A stretch of DNA of 64,000 bases from Gemmatimonadota bacterium (GTDB lineage: Bacteria; Gemmatimonadota; Gemmatimonadetes; Gemmatimonadales; GWC2-71-9), in contig JAJCZX010000010.1 in the NCBI GenBank assembly GCA_029262195.1, positions 67,352 to 131,351 on the forward strand, written 5' to 3'. The position numbers and the translations under genes were made by a program. Of this stretch, positions 45,020 to 54,893 are shown piece by piece; the stretch's first letter is position 1, and each line of letters begins with the position of its first letter. Under the pieces are notes generated by a model. That model had not been told where the DNA came from. It saw only the letters and a program-made list of their open reading frames with translations, and searched no databases.

Positions 45020-48000
45020 TTATAGTTGGCGGAGAGCTTTGCCCAGTGCGATACCGAGCTCTGCGTGAAATGAGGCGTCTCTCAACCTCGGTTCATTGAC
45101 GTTGAACTGGATAAGGACCGCCGGAACGGCAGGCGGCCGCAGAACGGCGAAGCGTGATTGACGCGGGTATACCGATTCGACAATTTCGTCGACTAGCAGT
45201 TGATCCGACAGGATGGATGCAAACCTTTGACTAGCGGTGTCGGATGGGAATGTGTACATCGATAACGAGTTGTATGGGCGATTGCTGTGGGATGGATCCA
45301 CGTGGATGGACACCAAAGCGATCGCATCATTCGAACGCGCGAACTCCTGCGGAATTCTTACTCCCCGACCCGGCTCGATCTGGGGCTTAACCAGTACTCG
45401 AAACCCCTGCGAGGTAAGTTCCACGGCGATTCTTTGTGCTGCTTCGAGGTTGACGATTTTTTCCGCTACTCCTCCGTCAAGAATGCTGCCTGTGTATTCT
45501 CCGCCATGTCCGGGCGCGAGGACAACTAGCGGCGTGCGGGTGTCGGGACTCGTTTGTGAAATCTGAAGTTCTCTGGCTGGGACCACCGGCCCACACGTTC
45601 GGGATGAGGTTCCAAGGACTTCGTCTATGTCGACCGGTGTCCAACGTTCTCCTGAGATATCATCGCCTGCTCGATAGAAGAGAGTTACAACTCCGAGCAC
45701 ATGCTGTGCGTGGTAGATAGAACTTATTTGAAGGGCTGAAACCCTGTGCACTGGAATAAACCGGTTGCTCATGCGTTCCGTACGTGCCAGAGGCTGCCCG
45801 TTGTAGTTGGTAGCGGCGATGGTCGGGCACAGAAAGTTCACGTTGTTTGCACCCGACACTATGCCATACTGCCAGGTTGTGTTGTCGCGACTGAATTTTA
45901 CTCGAGCGCCGTCTTTGAGAAGCAGAGGACGCGGTGGTCGAATAACTCCGACCTGTTGTACACCTGATGCCCTCCTATCGCAAAATATTAGCCTGGACTG
46001 GGTCCGCGCTTTTTCGTAGTCAGATTCAATTGTGGCAACGGCCGCTGTGAACGCCGCTTGTATGTCCGCGTTCCCAGGAGCGGGGTTCGCCTGTTGGGTG
46101 CAGAGGAGGGTGAGCAGCTCGACCTTGTCGTGATCGGACTCAAGGTTGCCAATGTGTCTCACCGACTTGATCGCGGTTTCGTTGTCCAGGGTCGCCGTTT
46201 CGAGAAGTCTGGCAATAACTCGAGCACGTTGATATGAAGACGAAAGGTCTGAAATCCCCTGGAACCATGCCGCGCGTGTTTCGGAGTCTACATCATCGCG
46301 GGCAATTGCTGAGAGCACTAGCTCTGCACGAGTCTCTTCAACTTCAAGGGCAGTCGCCGCTTCCATGATCGAACCGATAAATGCTGGTGTCGAAGGTTGG
46401 CGCACCAATAGCGAACGCAACACTCGAAGTCGGTGCTGGTCGGAACGGAGGTGAGACAGGGTCGGGACAAATGTCGATGGCAACGTTTGATCGACTGAAA
46501 AGGTTGCCCCCACTCTAATCAACAGCGCGGTCAATTCGTCAACCGCGTCAATGGTGGTGGACACCTCCAGAACCTGGAGTGCGGCAGCTGGGTTGGCCTG
46601 GAGAGCAGTCGTCAAAATGGACGCGGCGTCCACGTCGGCTTCTATGGTGGCAACCCATGGGAAGAACGCCGCCCTGAGTTCAGGTGTCCGTTGAAAATCG
46701 ACCGCCATATCTTCCAGTAGCACGGCGAGTTCGCCTTGCGAACGGAACAAGGGTATCACCCGCTCCGCTGATACGATTCGGTCGTTGTCATCCACGCTCT
46801 CGCTGTTTAACAGGGCTGTCAGGTAAAGTCTGCGTCCAATGCCGGTCCGCAGTTGGTCAATTTCTTCGAGGAGCGAATCGACCCCGAAGTTGTTGAGAAT
46901 CCACGTGGCTCGCTCGGTAGCGGAAATGTGTGTGCCGCGAAAAACTTCGGTAAGAATTTGAGTAAATTCTTGTCTGGCGGCTGAGTCGAATGCTGCCTCC
47001 TCGCCATCTACCATCCACTTCCAATCGATCCGACCCAGCCTATCTGATGTGAACTCGATTTGTCGACGCAGGTCGCCCTTTTTGAAATCGACTTCGAAAT
47101 AACCCCGGGGGCTGATCCCATCCAGGTCATCGAATCCGTCGTTAAAGTTCACGTCCCCTGCCACATGAATGTCAACACTACAATCGAATCCGCCCCACCT
47201 GAATCCGTTAGGAGCGCTCGTCGGCCGATTGACCTCACGTTGCCGGCTGGCTTCGTCCATCACTGCCGCCATAAACGCTGATCGCGCTACGTTGGGCTCT
47301 CGGCATTCGAACGGCAATTCGATGTCCTGGGTCGCAGAGGTGCTAGCAGGCGGGGGTTCTACGGTTTGAATGACCGTTGTCGGTGGTGGGAGGCGGGGGG
47401 TGTTCGCGGCGTGTTTCGTCTCCAGCTCAATAGTCCCGGCAACTGAGGTTGTACTATCTGCGGCAGTCGTTGCGACTCCTATGGGAGTGAAGAAGAGCCC
47501 CGTCAGCAGGAGAATTGGGTAAGCGCGTTTTCGGGTCATAGGGGTCCTCTCCACGTCGGGCAGCAACATTCGTCGGAGTCTGTTCCGAAGTCGTGAACGT
47601 CCCAGCGCAGGTACGCCTACAGCGAGTTGGGCACTTTTTTGATACCGCGCCACGGTGAGGATGCTTTCGGCGTAACCGGACGATTTTCTACCGGTGGAAA
47701 GGACCATGTCATCAGCAGCTAGCTCTGATTCGACGCGCAGGCGCCATACGGCCACCCACACCAGGGGGTTGAACCATTGAATAGCTGCGGTAGCCATGGA
47801 AACCAGCTGCACGGCGTGGTCTCGTCGCGCGACGTGCGATAGCTCGTGGAGCAGGATGTCTCGCTTCCTGTTTTCTGGCCATCCGTAGGACCCCGCCGGA
47901 AGGAGGATAACCGGATTGAATGTCCCCCAGGTCATGGGTGTTTGTCCCTTGATTCCTTCAAGCAACATAGGAGGGTTGTGCGTGCCGAGTTCGCCGGCCA

Positions 48001-48580
48001 CTGTACCGCACAGGGTTTTCCATTGGCGGTCGGTGATCTGTTTCGCGTGACGTTTTAGCCACGCCAGGCGACCGATGCCGATCAGGCCGTAAAGTAGAAC
48101 GGAGAAAACACCCAGAGCCCAAACCGCCACTGTCCAGTTTGACCAGTTTGTAGGAGTGGAGGGAGAGGGGAGGAGGGAGGGGGAGAAGGCTGGTTCTGTT
48201 TCGGCCGCAGTCTCAGCCATTTGTTCGTTGTTGGGCGGAGTCGTTGGGATTGGCGTGACCGACAGAGGGCTTCGTTCAGCGACGACTTCTGCCCGAGGTA
48301 GCCTGTCGACCGCGCTGGATTGTTCAGGCTGGTTCGTTTCGCTGCGAATCAGGTTCGCCGGGGACCAGTTGGGAAGAAACATCCCTAACGGGAGTAGAAG
48401 CGTGCATGCCAGGCCCGCGGCCCACAGCAAGTGCCGTGTTGCGGCGGAGGTTTTGCGCATGGCCAGGGTGATCAACCCGATAAGTCCCAGCAGTAGGAAG
48501 GCCTTGGCCATCTGTTCTACCAGGAGCGATGACACGCTTGTTGCGAACTGGCTTGTCGCCCCGTTGAAAAGAAGTTCCAT
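45020..48580 (-). CDS. BlaR1/MecR1-type M56 peptidase sensor fused to a large repeat region and a C-terminal Amidase_3-like domain
   Basis: 1186 aa. N-terminal TM region with LLHELSHVARRDH (HExxH of M56). Central region with recurring S(D/S)(Y/H)xKxxxLxxL-type units. The C-terminal ~210 aa carries VVLAPGHGG…AEK…LVSIHVD…RFAVLRPPAVPAVLIQFN, resembling N-acetylmuramoyl-L-alanine amidase (Amidase_3). Confidence 0.85.
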   Translation of the reverse strand: MELLFNGATSQFATSVSSLLVEQMAKAFLLLGLIGLITLAMRKTSAATRHLLWAAGLACTLLLPLGMFLPNWSPANLIRSETNQPEQSSAVDRLPRAEVVAERSPLSVTPIPTTPPNNEQMAETAAETEPAFSPSLLPSPSTPTNWSNWTVAVWALGVFSVLLYGLIGIGRLAWLKRHAKQITDRQWKTLCGTVAGELGTHNPPMLLEGIKGQTPMTWGTFNPVILLPAGSYGWPENRKRDILLHELSHVARRDHAVQLVSMATAAIQWFNPLVWVAVWRLRVESELAADDMVLSTGRKSSGYAESILTVARYQKSAQLAVGVPALGRSRLRNRLRRMLLPDVERTPMTRKRAYPILLLTGLFFTPIGVATTAADSTTSVAGTIELETKHAANTPRLPPPTTVIQTVEPPPASTSATQDIELPFECREPNVARSAFMAAVMDEASRQREVNRPTSAPNGFRWGGFDCSVDIHVAGDVNFNDGFDDLDGISPRGYFEVDFKKGDLRRQIEFTSDRLGRIDWKWMVDGEEAAFDSAARQEFTQILTEVFRGTHISATERATWILNNFGVDSLLEEIDQLRTGIGRRLYLTALLNSESVDDNDRIVSAERVIPLFRSQGELAVLLEDMAVDFQRTPELRAAFFPWVATIEADVDAASILTTALQANPAAALQVLEVSTTIDAVDELTALLIRVGATFSVDQTLPSTFVPTLSHLRSDQHRLRVLRSLLVRQPSTPAFIGSIMEAATALEVEETRAELVLSAIARDDVDSETRAAWFQGISDLSSSYQRARVIARLLETATLDNETAIKSVRHIGNLESDHDKVELLTLLCTQQANPAPGNADIQAAFTAAVATIESDYEKARTQSRLIFCDRRASGVQQVGVIRPPRPLLLKDGARVKFSRDNTTWQYGIVSGANNVNFLCPTIAATNYNGQPLARTERMSNRFIPVHRVSALQISSIYHAQHVLGVVTLFYRAGDDISGERWTPVDIDEVLGTSSRTCGPVVPARELQISQTSPDTRTPLVVLAPGHGGEYTGSILDGGVAEKIVNLEAAQRIAVELTSQGFRVLVKPQIEPGRGVRIPQEFARSNDAIALVSIHVDPSHSNRPYNSLSMYTFPSDTASQRFASILSDQLLVDEIVESVYPRQSRFAVLRPPAVPAVLIQFNVNEPRLRDASFHAELGIALGKALRQL

Positions 48581-48973
48581 CTACCTACCCTCCCTTTTTG
48601 CGGTCTCTATCATAGCGGCCAGTTCATCCAGTTCTCTCTCTGTTAGACTTGCGGCGCCGTCTTCCAACAATGCGACCACGGTTTGGCTTACCGATCCCTC
48701 AAAAAATGTCCCAACCAGTTGTTTGATAGCGGAGCCCCGGACTCTCTCTCGCGGCGTAGTTGGAAAGAACGTGTGCCTGGTGCCATCCATCCGGTGTTGG
48801 AGGTGACCCTTTTCCTCCAGGATTTTCAGGAGTCGCCGAACTCCTGAATAACTGGGTGGGCTGGACATTCGTTGCCGGACCTCGAGGGCGCTTGCCGACC
48901 CGCTCTGGTAGACGATGTCCATCATTTCCCGCTCGCGCCTCGTAAGATTGCCGTATTCATTTGGAGTTTTCAT
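48581..48973 (-). CDS. BlaI/MecI/CopY-family transcriptional repressor
   Basis: I prefer the start at ATG 48973 (MKTPNEYGNLTRREREMMDIVY…). The winged helix is typical of BlaI. Its stop directly abuts the sensor gene's ATG (TAG-ATG). Confidence 0.92.
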   Translation of the reverse strand: MKTPNEYGNLTRREREMMDIVYQSGSASALEVRQRMSSPPSYSGVRRLLKILEEKGHLQHRMDGTRHTFFPTTPRERVRGSAIKQLVGTFFEGSVSQTVVALLEDGAASLTERELDELAAMIETAKREGR

Positions 48974-48980
48974 GGAGCCT

Positions 48981-49016
48981 GTGCACAAAAATTAGCAAGT
49001 GCACAAAAAGTAGCAT
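48981..49016 (-). promoter_or_regulatory. tandem direct repeats upstream of blaI (candidate operator)
   Basis: The minus strand reads TGCTACTTTTTGTGCAC then TTGCTAATTTTTGTGCAC. These are two adjacent 17-18-bp repeats, each ending in the palindromic hexamer GTGCAC, 7 nt upstream of the ATG. Confidence 0.45.
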
Positions 49017-49055
49017 CTGGCGTCAAAAAAAACCAGACCTGCCCTGCGAGCCGGT

Positions 49056-50957
49056 TTAGGGGTCGGCAGCGCGAATAACTTCCAGTATCGCCGCTCCGTA
49101 CTTTTTGATCTTTGACGGGCCAATCCCGTGGGCAAGCGCCAATCCCATTTCGGTAGTAGGCCGCAGTGATGCGATCTCCCGCAAAGTCCGGTCGCTGGCG
49201 ACGACGTAAGGTGGAACTTTGCCTTTGCGGGCCGTTTCGAGTCTCCAGGATCTGAGCTCTTCAAACAGGCCTCTGGCCTGGGGATCAAGGTTGTCATTCT
49301 GCCCGGAGCGTCTGCGGCGAGGACTTCCCTTACTGCTGGCGGCGACCTGCTTGCTGGTTCGTGAAGGGAGTAGGAGCCGGGCGGGGCGACGCTCTCGTAT
49401 TACATCCTGGCCCTCTTGCGTCAACACAACGACGGGGCGTTGTCCTCCGTGGAAATCAACCCAGCCGGCTGTCACACATCGTCGCAGGACGGTGAGAATC
49501 CAGTCTTCTTTATACTCTGCTAACGTTCCGAAGGTGGGAGTGAGAGCAAGACCGGACCAATCAAGTCGTTCGTCTTTGGCACCCTTGAGTAGTTTCGCGA
49601 CGGCTTGAATGCCAAAACGACCGTTTACTCGGGCCACACCGCAAAGGGCTTTCCGAACGATGGTCGCGGTTTCATCTTCGTTCTGTGAGTCGTTGTCATC
49701 CATCTCGAGGCACACGTCACACCGTCCACAACCCGAAAGGGTTTCCTCCTCGTCACCAAAATATCTCAGTATGGTGTCGTGTCTGCAGCTTCCTCCCTCG
49801 GCCCACCGCATCAATTCGAGAAACAGATTCCATTTATGGCGAACAACGTTTTCGTCAATTGCCCGGCTTTCGTAGTCACCCTCGATCAAGGTCCTCCTCA
49901 ACGCCATGTCGCCAGGGGATAAGATGAGCAAACAGGTGGCGTCCTTGCCATCTCTTCCCGCTCTCCCTGCCTCCTGGTAGTAGGCTTCAACCGAACTCGG
50001 TGGTGCAAGGTGTGCGATGCATCTAACATCTGCCCGGTCTATTCCCATGCCGAACGCGTTTGTTGCGACGACTATTTCAAGCGCGCCGGATGCAAAGGCC
50101 GTCTGCACGCGGTCCCTTTCAGGGCCAATCATACCGGCGTGATACGCTTCGGCACGCCAGCCGATTTCGGCGAGCCGTTCGGCTTCGGCCTCCGTCCTTT
50201 TGCGGGTTGGGCTATAGATGATAGCCGTGCCAGCAGCGCTCCCCGGGGCACCGAGCGCTTCTTTCAGCAAGAGATCTACGTGCGTGTTGCTCTGTGCTCG
50301 CCGTTGTATTTCGCTGACGCGGAACGAAAGGTTGGGTCTTGCGAATCCTTTCAATAGCTGCGGAGTATCTGGCGGGAGTCCGAGTCGGTCTAGTATTTCG
50401 TCTCGCACAATGGGCGTGGCGGTGGCTGTACAGGCGAGCACCCGAGCGTTGGGGAGGCTTTTTAGCAACTCGCCGATTCGCATGTAGTCGGGTCTGAAGT
50501 CGTGTCCCCACTCGCTGATGCAGTGCGCTTCGTCAACGGCAACCAGGGGACATTCCAGACGATTAACCATTGCGCGAAAGCCGCCAAAGTTGAGCCGCTC
50601 GGGGGCCACATAAATAAGATCGTATGCGCCGCGAGACGCTTCCGCTACGCGGTGTGCCATCTCGCCTGAGTCGACGGTTGCTGCAAAGTAAGTAGCGTTT
50701 ACCCCGCGGTTCTGGAGGGCTGAAACCTGGTCGTGCATCAGCGCGATAAGTGGAGAAACCACAATCGTAGTGCCAGGGAGCATCGATGCGGGAAGCTGGT
50801 AGGCCAGGCTCTTTCCACCTCCGGTCGGAGCTACGAGGAGGAGGTTATCGCCCGATAGTATTGTTTCGATGGCTTCGCGCTGGCCGGGCTTGAAAGAATC
50901 GTAACCGAGTTTTTGTAGCGCGGCATCCAGATGCGACGCTCCCAGAGCCGGGTTCAA
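49056..50957 (-). CDS. recQ: ATP-dependent DNA helicase RecQ
   Basis: 633 aa. PTGGGKSLAYQLP, VAVDEAHCISEWGHDFRPDY, a Zn-binding Cys cluster (CRHD…CGRCDVC), and a C-terminal HRDC-like region. The start codon is TTG in the ORF track. Confidence 0.95.
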   Translation of the reverse strand: MNPALGASHLDAALQKLGYDSFKPGQREAIETILSGDNLLLVAPTGGGKSLAYQLPASMLPGTTIVVSPLIALMHDQVSALQNRGVNATYFAATVDSGEMAHRVAEASRGAYDLIYVAPERLNFGGFRAMVNRLECPLVAVDEAHCISEWGHDFRPDYMRIGELLKSLPNARVLACTATATPIVRDEILDRLGLPPDTPQLLKGFARPNLSFRVSEIQRRAQSNTHVDLLLKEALGAPGSAAGTAIIYSPTRKRTEAEAERLAEIGWRAEAYHAGMIGPERDRVQTAFASGALEIVVATNAFGMGIDRADVRCIAHLAPPSSVEAYYQEAGRAGRDGKDATCLLILSPGDMALRRTLIEGDYESRAIDENVVRHKWNLFLELMRWAEGGSCRHDTILRYFGDEEETLSGCGRCDVCLEMDDNDSQNEDETATIVRKALCGVARVNGRFGIQAVAKLLKGAKDERLDWSGLALTPTFGTLAEYKEDWILTVLRRCVTAGWVDFHGGQRPVVVLTQEGQDVIRERRPARLLLPSRTSKQVAASSKGSPRRRRSGQNDNLDPQARGLFEELRSWRLETARKGKVPPYVVASDRTLREIASLRPTTEMGLALAHGIGPSKIKKYGAAILEVIRAADP

Positions 50958-52327
50958 AACTGGATCCTCGTAAAAACGCTTACAGATTGCAGCCCACCAC
51001 CGTAGTCCGGTTTGATCTCGTCATCCACCCAATGAAGGGCGCCGGCAATTCCAACTCCCCAGATCGTCGAATCTTGCGACAGGATGTCGTAGACAAGCCC
51101 TCCCTCAATCTTCCCCAAAGAAAAGATGCTACTGTGCCGCGAATCGGCGGGAGGTAGCAGCTCGGTCTTGCGACCCGTCTCCAGTCTTCCGAAAACGGTA
51201 GCCGCTCCATGCCGTAGAGATGATTCTAACAGGAGGGCAGACGTTATTTGTGATGGAAAAAACAGTATCAGTGAATCCTCGGGGATGTTCGGAAGTTCGG
51301 CCAGTCCAATGAAGTGGTCCAAGACCGCGGGCGAAAAAGTACGCCTCGCCTCCCGCAGGGGAATCATGGCCTCCTCGTTCTTATTCCGCCCAAGGGCGAG
51401 AGTAGTCTGCCATTCGCCGTTTCCGAGTGGTCGGTTGTATGTGGCAGACAGGGTAAGTCTGAGGACACTTATCCCGGGGTGAAGTTGCTCGGGATCGATC
51501 AATTGAGCGACACTTCCTTGAAGCACGAGCTTGTCAGAAGGACGACTGGTGGCGCGAAATGCCCATGAATCAAACCGCGGGGTTTCAGGCCCCCAGCGGT
51601 TTTGGTCGGGTTCGCGGCCGTTGAAAACAGACGCTTCGATCTGCGTTTTGTTGTCGGTAACGAGTCCGAGAGTCAAAACTCCATGAGCTATGTGTGTGGC
51701 GTCCAGAAAATGGTGACTAATCGGAGCAACCGGATTTGTTCTCCCCGATCCGCGATGCATGAAAGCGGTTGGCCCGATTGCAGGTGCACCGACCGGCGCA
51801 GCGTAGAAAAAAACAAGGTCCCGTGGAGAAACGGGTATCTGATACTCGGCCGAAGCTTCCATAATGAGATCGTGCGGGTGTTGACGGTCGGTGAGTGGCA
51901 AAACTCCGTCGGACGTTTCCCCTGTTTGTAATAGCAATGGGTAACCGTCCCGTCCTCCCGTGGCTTCTAAAGAACCCATCAATCTCAACGTGAGGCGACC
52001 AGGTCCCAATCCCCGTGTTGCCATCACCATCAGCATGTTCGTGCTAAACCCTTCGTTGTCGCCCCGAGGGCCTGGGTCGTCGCGGTAAATGAATGAGCCA
52101 GTTCCGCTGAACATCAACCGCCATCGGCCCGAAGTGACCCGGATTCCGCTGTGCTCCACCGAAGGGAGGGCCACGCTCGTACCTGATTCGTGAGCTATCC
52201 ATCTCGTTCGCCCCACCGCCGTATCAGCTACCTGCGTAGCAACCGGACCGGCCAGGAGTAATTGAGCCAGCGCTGCAACCATTAGGTCGACCGCCCGGAA
52301 AGATTGGCTGAGGTTCCTCGGTTTCAT
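50954..52327 (-). CDS. hypothetical outer-membrane beta-barrel protein
   Basis: I prefer the start at ATG 52327, which gives a signal-like N-terminus (MKPRNLSQSFRAVDLMVAALAQLLLAGPVATQ). The C-terminus ends …VSVFTRIQF, with the terminal Phe typical of OMPs. The stop overlaps the recQ start. Confidence 0.55.
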   Translation of the reverse strand: MKPRNLSQSFRAVDLMVAALAQLLLAGPVATQVADTAVGRTRWIAHESGTSVALPSVEHSGIRVTSGRWRLMFSGTGSFIYRDDPGPRGDNEGFSTNMLMVMATRGLGPGRLTLRLMGSLEATGGRDGYPLLLQTGETSDGVLPLTDRQHPHDLIMEASAEYQIPVSPRDLVFFYAAPVGAPAIGPTAFMHRGSGRTNPVAPISHHFLDATHIAHGVLTLGLVTDNKTQIEASVFNGREPDQNRWGPETPRFDSWAFRATSRPSDKLVLQGSVAQLIDPEQLHPGISVLRLTLSATYNRPLGNGEWQTTLALGRNKNEEAMIPLREARRTFSPAVLDHFIGLAELPNIPEDSLILFFPSQITSALLLESSLRHGAATVFGRLETGRKTELLPPADSRHSSIFSLGKIEGGLVYDILSQDSTIWGVGIAGALHWVDDEIKPDYGGGLQSVSVFTRIQF

Positions 52328-52350
52328 GGTCAGTAAGTTAGTTTCTAAAC

Positions 52351-54243
52351 ATGTATTCACTAGCGGTCTCCTTATCTGACACTGTCGGGTTGAACCTACC
52401 GGCGTTCACGTTTGCCCTGGCTCTGGCGGCGGGGATGATCGCTAACGCCCTTGCCCACCACCTGCGCTTGCCGGGGATCGTTTTGTTTCTGGCTGCCGGT
52501 GTTATGCTTGGCCCCGAATTTCTAAATGTGGTTCGTCCGGAAACTCTGGGCAGCGGGCTCGATACCATTGTTGCTCTGGCCGTAGCCGTGATTCTGTTTG
52601 AGGGAGGGCTCAACCTCAACGTCAGCAGGTTGAAAAGCCAGGCTACCATTATCCGCAGGTTGGTGACGATTGGTGCGATAGTCACGGCCATCGGAGGTAC
52701 ACTTGCGGCTCTGTGGGTGATGGGTTGGCCGTTGTACCTATCGGTGATTTTTGGAACGCTGGTCATCGTTACCGGGCCCACGGTGGTATCTCCCCTCGTG
52801 CGAAGGATTCGTCTCACACCTCGGTTGCAGACAATCCTGGAGGCCGAGGGCGTGTTGATTGACCCCATCGGTGCGGTAATCGCGGTGGTCACCCTGGAAC
52901 TTGTGCTCGATCAATCATCCGGGAGCGCCGCCGCTCTTGGAGTACTTGGCCTTCCGACTCGTTTGTTGGTTGGGGCGGCGGTAGGGGCGTTAGGCGGGTT
53001 TCTCATCGGGTTTGTGCTCGGACGGGAACATGTAGTGCCCGAAGAGCACCGCAACATGTTCACATTAGCTCTGGTGCTGGCGTTATTTGCGGCCAGCGAA
53101 GCGATCATAGCGGAAAGCGGCATCATGGCCGCACCAGTAGCGGGGATCGTTGTCGGCAACATGCGAACACGGGTGCGAGAGGAGTTGCTCGAATTCAAGG
53201 AGCAACTCACGACGCTTCTGGTAGGAATGTTGTTTGTGATACTGGCGGCGGATGTGAGCGTTTCTGAAGTGACTGGCCTGGGGATCGGCGGAGTCGTAAC
53301 CATTGCGTTGCTGATGTTTGTTGTCAGGCCCCTTGATGTGGCCGTTTGCACCTACAAATCAGACCTGGCCCTAAAGGAAAAAGCCTTCATCGCCTGGATA
53401 GGCCCCAGGGGCATTGTCGCGGCTGCGGTTGCCTCGCTCTTCGCGCAACGGCTTACTGCCAATGGGATGGAAGGAGGGCCCCAACTGCAGGCATTGGTGT
53501 TTGCAGTGATCGCGGCAACGGTCGTATTACAAGGTCTTTCCGGGGCTCCGATAGCGGCGGCGTTAGGGTTGCGGCGCACCAAGGATCAGGGCTTTGCAAT
53601 AGTTGGTGCTAACGGAGTCGGTCTTGCCCTGGCAGGTGTCCTGCGGGATTCAGGCCACCCGGTCGTGATTGTTGACTCAAACGCGGTATTGTCTGCCGCC
53701 GCAAAAGAGTCAGGGTTCGACGTAGTTTACGGGAACGCCGCCAATCCTTCGGTTATGTATCGCGCTGATCTGGAAGGGCGTCGCGGGTTCGTTGTTACGA
53801 CCATGAATGACGGAGCGAACCTCCTTATTGCTAACAGGGCGCGAGACGAGACGCGAGAGGTCCCGACTTTCGTAACCATCACCCGTGACAGTTCTGCTGT
53901 CACCGAGGAGCAGGTTTCGGATGACGGGCACCGGCTACTTTTTGGACGGGGAGTGGATCTCGCCCAATGGGACCACATGCTGCGTTCCTCTGCAACGAAA
54001 ATTTCGCGTTGGATCTACCAGCCCAAAGAAAACAAAGAGAGTTGGAAAGAGCTGGTAGGCGGTCAGAGACGTGCCGACGCCCTTTTTCTTCCGTTGGCGG
54101 TTGCTCAGAAGGGTCGCGTTGCTCCGCTCGACGACCGAACCAACATCAATCCGGGGGACGTTGTTGTTGTGGTGATGCCAGAAAAGCAATCCGCTTCTGT
54201 TTCCGACCGTTTGTTGGAAATTGGTCTGCTGCCGGTAGAATGA
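52351..54243 (+). CDS. cation:proton antiporter (CPA1/NhaP-type) with C-terminal TrkA/RCK domains
   Basis: 630 aa. About 12 TM helices, then a Rossmann GxGxxG (IVGANGVGLALAG) and a TrkA-C-like tail. Confidence 0.88.
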   Translation: MYSLAVSLSDTVGLNLPAFTFALALAAGMIANALAHHLRLPGIVLFLAAGVMLGPEFLNVVRPETLGSGLDTIVALAVAVILFEGGLNLNVSRLKSQATIIRRLVTIGAIVTAIGGTLAALWVMGWPLYLSVIFGTLVIVTGPTVVSPLVRRIRLTPRLQTILEAEGVLIDPIGAVIAVVTLELVLDQSSGSAAALGVLGLPTRLLVGAAVGALGGFLIGFVLGREHVVPEEHRNMFTLALVLALFAASEAIIAESGIMAAPVAGIVVGNMRTRVREELLEFKEQLTTLLVGMLFVILAADVSVSEVTGLGIGGVVTIALLMFVVRPLDVAVCTYKSDLALKEKAFIAWIGPRGIVAAAVASLFAQRLTANGMEGGPQLQALVFAVIAATVVLQGLSGAPIAAALGLRRTKDQGFAIVGANGVGLALAGVLRDSGHPVVIVDSNAVLSAAAKESGFDVVYGNAANPSVMYRADLEGRRGFVVTTMNDGANLLIANRARDETREVPTFVTITRDSSAVTEEQVSDDGHRLLFGRGVDLAQWDHMLRSSATKISRWIYQPKENKESWKELVGGQRRADALFLPLAVAQKGRVAPLDDRTNINPGDVVVVVMPEKQSASVSDRLLEIGLLPVE

Positions 54244-54485
54244 GCCAAACTGTGCTTACTCGACCGTTTCTGTCAACCAACCCGGTTTGAAAAGAACAGA
54301 ACGGGGAGCGCAATTGAATCGATCTTGCTCGATCGTTTCCACTGGATTACGCTACGACGCTGCGGAATGTTCTCGAGTTGGCCTTCGTGACAGTTGTGCC
54401 GGGTCACGGTCCGATCGATCACAACCCGCGGCCGAGGATTCAGGGGATGATCGACGAGTTTGTTCTCCGGGGGGACGTCTATCTT

Positions 54486-54893
54486 CTAACGTCTATCTTT
54501 TTCCATACTCGCCAGAACCAAGGCCGCAGCGACAGCCGTGAAGACTGAATGGTGAAACGGCGTTACCCATCCGCGCCCCAACATCATGCTTACCCCAAAC
54601 GTGAACATCAAAACGCTGGCTGCAAACGCCACACGGGCTGTTTGAAAGCCGACTAAGAGGCAAACCCCGAATGTTATTTCGCTGATTGTGGCGATCAGGC
54701 CTGCGAGGGGAACCATCGAGTCGGGGAGGTAAGGGGTAATTTCCGCGACTGAGTCGAGGAAGAGATCCCATTCCTTCCAACGTGGTAAAGCGGACACCAG
54801 GAAAGTGCTGGCGAGCCCGAGTCGCAGCAATATGGCGATGCGGGGCCGAAGGATTGCCTGGATGGATTCGAATCCTTTGTCCAATACGCTCAA
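54486..54893 (-). CDS. DoxX-like membrane protein
   Basis: 135 aa with 4 hydrophobic helices. Overlaps the upstream peroxidase-like gene by 4 nt. Confidence 0.5.
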   Translation of the reverse strand: MSVLDKGFESIQAILRPRIAILLRLGLASTFLVSALPRWKEWDLFLDSVAEITPYLPDSMVPLAGLIATISEITFGVCLLVGFQTARVAFAASVLMFTFGVSMMLGRGWVTPFHHSVFTAVAAALVLASMEKDRR

